A stretch of DNA of 64,000 nucleotides from Azolla caroliniana (lineage: Eukaryota > Plantae > Polypodiophyta): assembly GCA_043228905.1 (NCBI GenBank), contig JBHGNT010000005.1, positions 2,914,001 through 2,978,000 of the forward strand, given 5' to 3'. Every line of letters starts with the position of its first letter. Within the stretch, counting starts at the first letter, position 1. The notes beneath the pieces are model-generated. The model was not told where the DNA came from. It saw nothing but the letters and a program-made list of their open reading frames with translations, and did not search any database. Of the stretch, positions 12,901 to 23,464 are shown piece after piece. A program made the translations under genes and the position numbers.

Positions 12901-15240
12901 TGGCTACAATATGCCTCATTTCGAAACAAAGAAGTGGCTACAACAAAGAAGGTTGTAGGTGATCCATCATATCTTCCAAACAAGGTGAAAAAGCTAGGCA
13001 GGAGATCTGACATGAATTAGTCTTTTGGGACCCGTGGATGAAATTTTCTTCGATACCTATGATAGATTTGTACCAGTCAATGAACCTTCATTGGATCAAT
13101 GCTATATATCCAGTAGCTATGATGCAACCACCCATTTTGAGACCGTTGTGGAAGATGTTTTGGCAATGTATACAGCTATCACTGGAAAGGTTTTGGATTT
13201 GTCTATGGATTTAAGTGCAACTAGTTCAGCTGATGAGTATTTCTTTTTGCCATCTCTCTTTATGGGAGACATACAGTTCATTACAGAGCCAAATTGCAAT
13301 ATTTTTTTCTCCATATGTTAAGACCAGTCAGATTTTCTGGTGTCTTGCATAGGGTTTGCCAAGGACAATGATCATGATTAGGAATGATTATTATGGTGGA
13401 GAGTCAACATCTCTCAATCTTACATAGTTGTGGTCCAAATTTAGAGGCAGTGACAAGCCTCCTATGTTTAAAGTCGTTGATGGGAGCTATGTTTTTAACA
13501 AAGGGAAGATCCACAAGGTTCCTGCTACAGATGTAGTAGCATTGAATTCTCCCCTCATGGGTCTATTTGAGTTTGACTTGGGAGATACAAGTTATTTAAG
13601 ATATATGGGACTGCAAGTAGCTTGGAATGTGTCTACAGAATAACTTTCAGATTAGTTGACTAGTTTTCTCTACTTTGGAGTACATAGATTGCTTTCCTCA
13701 AACCATCATCTTATAAAGATGAGTTGGGAAAAATATTTTGTATGTTGTTGTTATGACTTTTCTAAAAACTAATGGAAGGATATGTTCTTTTGAGAAAAAA
13801 AAAAATGCTTCATTCCATCTCTATCCGTTATGACAGTGCCGTTAGATATTTTCAATTGTACAATCTGAATTGTATATCTTTTAGGCATAACATGTTGGAA
13901 AAATAAATTTGACATGGTGTCACCTTTTGCACACCATCTTGCTGGAGATGCTTGAAAAAAACATTGAGCACGTTTTTGTTGCAAAGAAGAAATAATCATC
14001 ATAGCATTTTGTAATTCAGAATGAATATATTGAGAATGAGGTTGTTTTTCTTGCAAAATTTGAAGAGAAGTCAAACTTCTCTTAGCATTCAACAAACTTC
14101 TAGTGTAATTACTTTGTTTTAACTTAGCTTGTTGTATAAAGAAGTTGGAAACTTCTACATATCTACATCTTTTTGCAAAGTGTCCATACTACATTCCGAT
14201 AGTGCAAATTGACGGGGATTGGAGCAAAGCATATCAACAATTTTCCCCTTGCCCACTTTATCTGAAAATGTATCGAAAGCCATTTCTTGCTAAGTTTCAT
14301 GAGGCAACAAAGTAGTGACAACACTATTACTTTGATTATTCATAGTAGAACTAGGCTTCACATGGCCAACCAAATAGTCTTTTGCCAAATGGCCAATTTT
14401 TTTACAAGAAAAACATTGGTTGGGCAAACCAAAATAAAGCACTTTCTGGAATTTTTGAAACATATTACCTTGCAGCTTTGGAAGATGAATCCAATTAGGT
14501 AAAATTGCAACCTTTTTACAGAGTAACTTGACAAACGGAGCTCCTCCTTTTTCTACAATGTCCCTAAACGTAGATGAGTTAACATGTAGAACTCTTCCGA
14601 TTGTTGCCCCAATTTTGTGAAGAACCTCCCTCCACTCCCTATCTAGGCTTGGAAAAACAACAGTACATGTCGTTGCCTCCGCCTGTAGAACTATTGTATC
14701 AAAACCATGGGTCCATGGGAAAAAACGAACCCATGCACCAGAGATGTCTACCAAGGTAATGGAAAGGAGATTACGAACAGAAGAATGTTGAACTGCAAAC
14801 TCCAATTGATAGCAACCTCAGCCCATCAGATGTATATCAATAATCTTATCAAGTTTCTCCTCTAATGTTGTCTGAAGCATATGACGTAGATCCCCTCTAC
14901 TTGATCAATTTCCCAAGACTTGGGCAATAACCGAGCATTGGTCCAAATGCTGTCTGAAGCAGATGACAGAGATCCCCTCTACTCGATCAGTTTCCCGAGA
15001 CTTGGGCAATAACCGAGCATTGGTCCAAGAGTTTGACTTCATTGAGGACAATGTGCTCATCCTCCGGTTCCAATTGGACATCGATAGTATCGTCGATCGT
15101 AGGGGAAGCAAGAGCAATTCATTGGTGTTGACATTGACGACGACGGTGTAGGGAACGATTTTGTTCTCTCTTTGTCCTACCTTTATCTTCAAAGTACACA
15201 TTTGGTGGAACTTTCCATGCACAAGCAATGGAGGCATACT
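9936..15240 (-). mobile_element. Decayed L1-like LINE (ORF1 plus partial ORF2) with internal insertions and deletions
   Basis: ORF1 zinc knuckle CFSCKKIGHLAKD (about 14370-14410). RT motifs LLLDFEKAYDRVDW, SVRQGCPLS and DFADD (12215-12562). zf-RVT CGMHCGAFMESILHVFWLCP (9936-10580). Confidence 0.85.
12900..13805 (+). mobile_element. Polyadenylated antisense insert inside the L1, carrying unrecognised ORF fragments
   Basis: Interrupts minus-strand ORF2. Ends CTAATGGAAGGATATGTTCTTTTGAG-A11, resembling the L1 3' end at 37377-37408. ORFs at 13025-13321 and 13428-13643. Confidence 0.55.
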
Positions 15241-15699
15241 ACAAATTTACTAGTGGTCGGTTGCATTGATGTGTCCAAACTGTCAAACTTCCTTTAATAA
15301 TGGCATCAAGAATAATGCACAAGAAAGGAAGAAATTATATTGATGAATAACCCTCACACGATGCTGCCATGAAGATTTGGGGAATTAGTTGGTGGTCCTA
15401 ATGCAATGAAATAAGATAGATGTGTATTATGTGTTGTGTGTGTGCGATATATAATGTATAAAAGATTAATAGGGACTATTAAGTGGGGTAAGACAACATT
15501 CAACATTTGTGAGTAATTCAACTACTAATTGACTATATATTTAACGTGTAATCAACAACATATACATGAGAGTAACAAGTGGTTTGTAAAATTCCACATT
15601 CTCAATACCTTTTTATTGCTCGTCACAAGGACAATGGGTGCGAGTAAATTGCCCTAAGTTCTCTCACATAGGAAAATGGAGCTTGAGTGTTGATATGTA

Positions 15700-16000
15700 A
15701 CCTTAAATGTGAGTTCACACATAATATGAACAGTTGAGCTTGTTATCTCAACAACTTGCACCTTGTTATCATCCAACACAATCTAGATGTGTCATAATGA
15801 GCATGGTGGCAAATCGCCTTCCATGAAACCCCAATATTCTTCTCTAAAAGGAATTGTGTTATTTTATATGCCCAACTTGCAAAGTTGGTTCATCAAGCAT
15901 CTCACTTTATAGAGAGCTTCCTACTTGCACATTCATCTTCTAGGTGGCCTTGTCTTTACCTTGATGCGATCTTTACAACACATAAAAACTCTTGGGGCTC
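15700..16000 (-). mobile_element. Highly decayed Copia RNase H-like remnant
   Basis: Minus-strand EALYKVRCLMNQLCKLGI and IVLDDNKVQVVEI loosely resemble the Copia RNase H C-terminus. Boundaries unknown. Confidence 0.25.
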
Positions 16001-17440
16001 TTCCATGTATGAGTTATGTAGTTGTTTACAATAAACCAAAACCCGAAACACAAACAATCGACCACATTAGCATATAGGGCCAATTCTTCAACGATAACTT
16101 CAAGATCAATAGACAAGGCACAAATATGTGATGTTGATTAATAAAAAGCTATGCTAATGAATAACACAAACACTATGATACCATATAAAGATTCAAAGAC
16201 TAGATCGGAAGTCCTTGTGTAATAGGATAGATAGATGTGCAATGCAATGAAATGGATAGGTGTATTGTGTACATATGTGTTATATGTGCATAGAATATAC
16301 TATAGATTAAGTACTCATATTTAAAAAATGGGACAAGTTTACCATGCAACTAATTTAAATGCTAATCAACTTATAGACAACATTTAATGGAAAAGATGAG
16401 CTTGGGCTTCATTTATATAGAACAATCAAATAATTATGGGAGAGTGTGTCAGATACCTAAGGTATCCAATAGTTCATTCAATGCAAAGGCATCTCCCAAT
16501 CATAAAATCAATGTTGGACCTCAACACATAACGAATGTAGTTTAGCTTTCTTAACAATCTAGGCTTCACAATCCTCATTATATAATTCATTATTTCTTGG
16601 TCTTCTATCCAAATTCTTGTATGGTTGACCAAAACCTCATTTACATATTTACTTTTTTAATTCTCATGAATTACCTTAGCTTTCATGTAGGTTGATGATA
16701 GATGGAGATCCTCATGGTCCCATAGATAGATAAGGACATAGGATTTAGATACAAGGCTACACATGGTTGATATGTATGCTCAAGGTGGTCCTCTTGATAA
16801 ACGTTAAGAGATGCTTGATGAGTGGCAATGGAGGTGAACCTCAAATGAGGTTGCATCACAAACTAAGAGCCTACCACACAAATCAACACAAATAATAGAA
16901 TGTTGCAATCATAAGATAAGATACGAAAGGGTGGGAGATAGGATCAAATTCAAATGGACATGTGTCATCATACATGTTAATGTAGTCTCTATATAAACGT
17001 GAGTTGTACATGTTAATTGTAATTTGTAAAAAATGTGAGAAATGATTTCAAAAACATTGTAGAGCCCATGTTGATAAAATATTATACTTTGAGCAGTGAG
17101 CATTCTAAAAAGGCATGTTTTAGGGATCATGTTGGTTGGATGTAACAAGGGGAAAACCCATTTTAAGGTACATATGGTTTGGCTCATGAAGTTGGTTCTC
17201 CATTTGTGTGCTACTTTTGAGAGCTTGGAACATGTATTTTAGCATTTGGCACATAACTTCCATTTACAACGAGAAAAAAACCAGTTTCAACTAGCACCAT
17301 CTCCTTCAGAGTATGTTTTTGTTACCAAATCCTCTAATAGGAACCATTTTTGCATTCTCTCAACTTTGAGCTATCTGCTTCTTAACAAGACCAAGTCCCT
17401 TGTTGGGCAACCATAACGAACAATTGTTTGCACTAGTATT

Positions 17441-17870
17441 TGTTGAAAGATCACGCTCAACTTAGTTTAGTTAGTTAGTCAACCATGTAACTTCGTAGTT
17501 ACCTAAATAGAATCTAGTTAGAAGTGTTGACTATAACGCCTTAAATAAGATCTTGTACTTAAGTGGGATATTCTAGATCCTCCACTCCCAAGTACATTTA
17601 ATATAGGACTTACACCCTTGTACCCATATTCTCCTCACACATGTGCACCCTTGCACATGAGATCTATATATACCTCATTGTGGGTATTTTTGTATTTGAT
17701 GATGATAATGTTAATTTAATATAGAGTTAATCATCCCCCATCTTGTGTTGCTCATAAGTGTATCTTCCTCTCTCTCTTCCTCTCACACACATATCACTTA
17801 ATCTTCCGCTTAACTTAATCACATAATTAGGTACTAATTTAACCCATAGTTAATCACCTAATTCTTAACA
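17441..17870 (+). repeat. 5' LTR (430 bp)
   Basis: TGTTGAAAGATCACG...ATTCTTAACA, followed directly by the PBS. Confidence 0.95.
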
Positions 17871-18017
17871 TGGTATCAGAGTGTGTGGTTTAGCACATCC
17901 ACTAAGCCTATCCGTCTCTTCATAATTGTGTGTTCGAAATGCTACCGTAGTGCTGCTACGTAGCATGTGTATGTGACTGAAGGAAGGAAAGAAAAAACGG
18001 AAGACACTACAATCAAC

Positions 18018-20750
18018 ATGAACACACAAATGGGTAGCTCACTCCCTAGTGAAAAGCTAGACCGGAGCAATTATTCATCTTGGGAGTTCAAGATGAACCA
18101 ATACCTTGTCGGTCAAGGGTATTGGAGCTACATCAACGACGCTCAAGAAAATCGACATGACCCAAAGAATGCCAAGTACTTAACATGGGAGCAAGCGGCG
18201 AGTCAAGTCATGTATTGCTTGGCAACATGTGTCCACAACCACATGCTTACCCACATTTGAGACACCAAGACGCCCAAAGAGGCGTGGGAGAACTTAAAGA
18301 AAATGTTCGCCGCCAACACAATGGCCCCGAAAGTTTCAACTCCAACAAGAGTTGAATAGCATTCGGCAAAAAGACATGTCTGTGTCAGACTACACTACCA
18401 AGATCAAGAGCATTTGCGACTCGCTTGGCTCCATCAAAATAAACGTCGACGAAGACGAGATGGCTCAAGTATGCTTGGGCGGCCTCTCACAACAATTCGA
18501 CTTGTTGAGGACGACAATCTTGGCGAGGGAAAACCCTCCTTCGTTCATCGACCTTCAATCAATGTTAATGGTTGAAGAGAACCACGTCCAAACCAAAACC
18601 AAGACATCGAAAGGACAAATGTTCTTCTCGAATTCGGATGGTGGCCAAGGACGAGGTCGAGGCGGTAGTAGAGGTCGATTCGACCCATCACACGAACGGA
18701 AGTCAAACCTTCGACAAGAAGACGGAAGCCATCAAGGAACCTTCGGAAGAAGGGGGAGCTTCCATGCCGAACAAGGTCAACAAATGAGGCTCGCAACTTG
18801 CAACTATTGTAGAAAAATCGGCCAACGCGAGGAGTGCCGAAAAAGAAGAAGCGAGTCGGCTTTGACAAGTTGACAACTCACGAATTACACTACCAACTCT
18901 GAATACGACAACTATGGCGGACTATTCCTAATGAGGCATAGAGCAAACTCTATGTCGGCCTCCAACTCCGCAAGCACCTCCAATTCGGAAGATGTGTGGT
19001 TCGTCTATTCCGGCACCTCACATCATATGACGTCACACCAAGAGTGGTTTCGTGACTTACGAACGCCGGACCAACCCAGCTTCATAGAGACGAGAGACGA
19101 CACCACGCATCCCATTCCGCACATTGGCAATGTCCCATTCGGGAAAGAAGGCAAGCAAACTTGCATCAAGAATGTCTTACACATGCTCACAATAACGAAG
19201 AATTTGGTCTCGGTCGGCCAAAACGTGGAGCAAGGCATGCAAGTCCGCTTCAACAACAAAGGTTGTTTCATCGAGAAAGATGGCTGACTCATAGCCAAGG
19301 GACAAAGAGACGATTGAATGTTCATCCTCGATTCGAACGAGGTGAAATCGGCAATGTATGCCAAAGGTCTCAAAACCGAGATGAACATCGAGTTGTGGCA
19401 CAAAAGAATCGGCCACATAAACCTCCAACGGCTTCGAGCAATGCAAACAAAGGGAGTCGTCATCGGACTTCTGACATTTGAGTCGAAACAAGTCAACCAA
19501 GTGTGTGAAGCATGCCAACTTGGCAAACAACATCGACTCCTATTCCCGAAGAAGAGTTATGCAAGTAAAGGCCTCCTCGACATCATACACTCGGATGTAT
19601 GGGGACCGGCGCAAATGACGACGATCGGCGAATGCCAATTTTACGTCACCTTCATCGATGACTACTCGCGCTACGCGTGGATCTTCCCGATGAAGAAGAA
19701 GAGTAAAGTGCTCTCCCACTTCCAAAAGCTCAAGGGCCAAGTGGAGAAAGAAACCGGTTGGCACATTCGATTCCTATGATCGAACGAAGGAAAGGAGTAC
19801 TTCTCCGATGAATTCACCTCCTACCTCCAAAGTGAAGGTATTCGGAGAGAATTCTCGTGCCGACACACACCCCAACAAAATGGAGTAGCCGAAAGGAAGA
19901 ATCGGCAAATACTCAAGGTAGCACGTGCCATGATGCATGAGAAGCACATGCCGAACTTCTATTGGGTTGAAGCGGCATCCACAGCTGTCTATCTCATGAA
20001 CCGGTGCACCATTAATGGAGTGCATGAGTTAACTCCATACGAGCTCCTCGTCGGAAGAAAGCCTATCTTGTCGCACCTCAAGGTGTTCGGAAGCATTACA
20101 AATGTACGCATCTCGAACGAACAACAACAGAAGCCCGACGTGAAGTCAGAGGAATGCATCCTCATAGGATACTCGTCCGAGAAGAAGGCATACAAGTGCT
20201 ACAACCCTTCTACCCGAGCGGTTCGGGTAAGTCGAGATGTAGTCTTCGACGAGTTCGCATTGTGGTATGCACCAGAGACAACTTCGACTCCGACTCCACT
20301 CGACCCGAAATCCGCCGAACAAGAGGTAGAAGTTGGAGATCACTTCGAACACATGTTCGAAGAAAGTCCAATTATGACAAGGCTTAGTGGGCCACAAGAG
20401 CCCCCGCACGACCCAAGCATGTCTCCGCCAAGTACGACCTTGGACAAAGGCAAAGGTAAGATGCCCGAACACGAAGTCGACCACCCCAACGACAGTGATT
20501 CGGATGTGTCGGCTCCCTCACTAGATAGTGAGTTTGGTGTACCCATCATGCGGACACCCGTAGTAAAGAAGGCGCTCACATCGGCAAGCGAAAAACTTTG
20601 ACGCTCTTCTAGAGAGAAGAATCTCGTCACTCGGCAGGGCTACAAGAAGTACATGGCCCATCACTATGCCTTTGCGACGAAGGTAGCGGCCGGACAAGAG
20701 CCCAAGAGCTCCACCGAAGCGACTCGTAACCCACGATGGATGGAAGTAGT
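18018..20750 (+). pseudogene. Copia gag-protease-integrase polyprotein, disrupted
   Basis: Consecutive ORF pieces 17967-18260, 18352-18873, 18931-19287, 19318-19779 and 19930-20601 are separated by in-frame stops or a frameshift. Confidence 0.85.
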
Positions 20751-20908
20751 GGCCATTCATCACCGGCTTCAGGGGGAGAACCCGAGATTGTCACGACGAA
20801 GAAAGCCGAAGGCCGGACGAAAGTCGCACAGAAGCCGACATCGAAAGTCGGACAACGCCGAAAGCAGAACCGGATGTCGGATGCCTCACACTTGAGCTTG
20901 AGGGGGCA

Positions 20909-21303
20909 TGTTGAGAGATCACGCTCAACTTAGTTTAGTTAATTAGTCAACCATGTAACTTCGTAGTTACCTAAATAGAATCTAGTTAGAAGTGTTGACT
21001 ATAACGCCTTAAATAGGACCTTGTACTTAAGTGAGATATTCTAGATCCTCCACTCCCTAGTACATTTAATATAGGACTTACACCATTTTACATATATTCT
21101 CCTCACACATGTGCACCTTTGCACATGAGATCTATATATACCTCATTATGGGTATTTTTGTATTTGATGATGATAATGCTAATTTAATATAGAGTTAATC
21201 ATCCCCCATCTTGTGTTGCTCATAAGTGTATCTTCCTCTCTCTCTTCCTCTCACACACATATCACTTAATCTTCTGCTTAAATTAATCACCTAATTCTTA
21301 ACA
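20909..21303 (+). repeat. 3' LTR (395 bp)
   Basis: TGTTGAGAGATCACG...ATTCTTAACA, preceded by the PPT. 35 bp shorter than the 5' LTR. Confidence 0.95.
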
Positions 21304-22856
21304 GTATTTTAAACATAAATTTTGTGAATGTCACCCCCATATGCGTATTGAGCTTTATAAACCTTATAATCATTTGTGAATGCAATGTTATCTATATTAT
21401 TGATGATATTCCTTTTCATTGCTACCTTATGTAGCAATCTGATTCCTATCAGTAGCATCCTTGTTTCTTTACATAAACATTCCAAGGCACATACAAACTT
21501 CTATGAACCACATGTGATCTTAGCCAATAGCATGGTATCTTCATAAAATGCAATCAAGTATGGAACTACATATTCTTCCTAACTTAATGTGGAACTACAT
21601 TGTTTGGGGAAGCTTTGACATGTTCTTGGTTAAACAACGCTACAGACTTTTCTTAGCAAGATTCTCTTCCCCATTTCGACGATTCTACATTTGAGTGGCA
21701 TCATGCATGGCATTACATGTTGTCTAACAATGTCCACATGAAACATTTGTAAAACATACGGGTCTCAAAATGGACCTTACAAGTGAGTGGACACCTTTTT
21801 TTCATGGCATATAAGTAGTAGAGCTAATGTGAACGCCAACCTTTGTGAGTTGAAACCAGTAACTTGACTAGCATCTAAAGTACATTTGCTTTTCAAAGGA
21901 AACTTCCAAGCTACATCTAAGAATCAAGTCCTGCAGATTTAATAGCCTTACAAAAGAGAAACAGTAAATGTTGTTTAATTCTTGGTCGCACGTACCATAA
22001 TATAAGGACATGAAAAGGAAAAGTGGATTAAAGCATAAAGGTTTACTTTTTATTGAAGAGTGGATTCAAGGTTTACACTCTTATTGATTTCATTGAAGTT
22101 TGCACTCACTCTAAATCCGATGACAAACTTCAAAGTGGCTGTGATGAAAACGATTCAAGATGCATGAGTTGGAATCCTAGACAAATTTTATGGAATGTTC
22201 TTGGTTCCAGACACTGGCGAAACTTGATGACCCTCAACAAAAATATGTTCGCCACGTTGCTTCTAGTGCCAATGAATAGTAATACGAGTAGTAAAGAAGA
22301 TGTCTTGTTGTTGACCATGGATGTAGCTTTTTGAGTAGTAAAATTGTTAGATAATTTGTAGAGCTTAGATTAAATTGGTCTACCTCATGAAATTCGAAGT
22401 GTTAGGAGTTTTAAAACATTTTTTTGGTGAAAAAAGGAGTTTAAAACAAAGGAAGAGTATAAACATATCTTAAGATGCCTATGTGGTCTAACCTCTATCA
22501 TAACAAAACTATGTAGACCTTACAACTTGTTGAAGAAATGGATATTACCGAAACCCAAATATGTTTGGAAGGGGGGGGGGGGGGGGACAAGTTGACAACC
22601 ACTATGTGAAAGAGTAAATTAGGGTCTACAACTTTGCAAGTGCCTTTTACTCGAGGGCCTCGCGAGGCATTCCTCGAGGTAAGCTAACAACATTTTGGGA
22701 AAAATGAGGTGATTTCCGAGGCAAACTATATGCTCAGCATCCGAACATAGGGATACGTATGTATATAGATGTTTGCACAAAGCTTTGGTGTGGGGTTACT
22801 ACTACTAATCGTTTGAGAACATGAAGCACAATACCAAGGCAAACGATGCTCGTCAT

Positions 22857-22858
<2 letters not shown>

Positions 22859-22937
<79 letters not shown>
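22859..22937. repeat. Compound (GA)n(GT)n microsatellite
   Basis: Read directly from the sequence. Confidence 0.95.
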
Positions 22938-22939
<2 letters not shown>

Positions 22940-23293
22940 GTTACAATAAGAGAATGTGTTTTGGTGATAGAAATTTTGTGTTCTTTTTTGTTGTTGGTTG
23001 TTGAGAAAGATAGTAGTAGAGTTGTAGGATGAGTGAGTGAGTAAACTATCTGTGTGTGTGTTTTTTACTGCCAAAGTAGGGTTAAAAAAGGAAAAGGAAA
23101 GAAGACTCTGGAGAAACAGAGGAAAGAGCTGGGGAGGAACCAAACAACGAAGGTTCACAGAAAAAGGGTATGGTGTGTGTGTGTGTGTGTGTGCATTTAT
23201 TTAATTATTGAGACAAGGTGGGCCAGTCCAGTAGTGTGCATTTAATGATGGATGCAGCAGCGAGCATTCCGAATATGCACACATACTACATAC

Positions 23294-23305
23294 ATATATA
23301 TAAAA
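23294..23305 (+). promoter_or_regulatory. Putative TATA box of the peroxidase gene
   Basis: TATATATAAAAG about 165 bp upstream of the ATG, followed by a CT-rich leader. Confidence 0.55.
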
Positions 23306-23464
23306 GAGCAGCTACCATAACACTTCTACCTCTCTCTCTCTCTCTGCTACGACCCATGAATCCATCCATCCTCTTCATTCATAATACATTGCCATTCCTC
23401 CTCCTCCAATTGCCATTCCGACCCTCCCTCTTACAAAATTCTCTGAACTCTTCTTAAGTAAGCT

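Larger units (their letters stand above)
17441..21303 (+). mobile_element. Ty1/Copia LTR retrotransposon with two LTRs, lacking RT-RNaseH
   Basis: LTRs 17441-17870 and 20909-21303 (TG...CA). TSD GTATT at 17436-17440 and 21304-21308. PBS TGGTATCAGAG at 17871. PPT GAGGGGGCA before 20909. Domains: gag (KLDRSNYSSW, CNYCRKIG), protease (WFVYSGTSHHM), GAG-pre-integrase (LWHKRIGH..CEACQLGK), integrase (IIHSDVWGP, TFIDDYSR, PQQNGVAERKNR). Confidence 0.95.
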
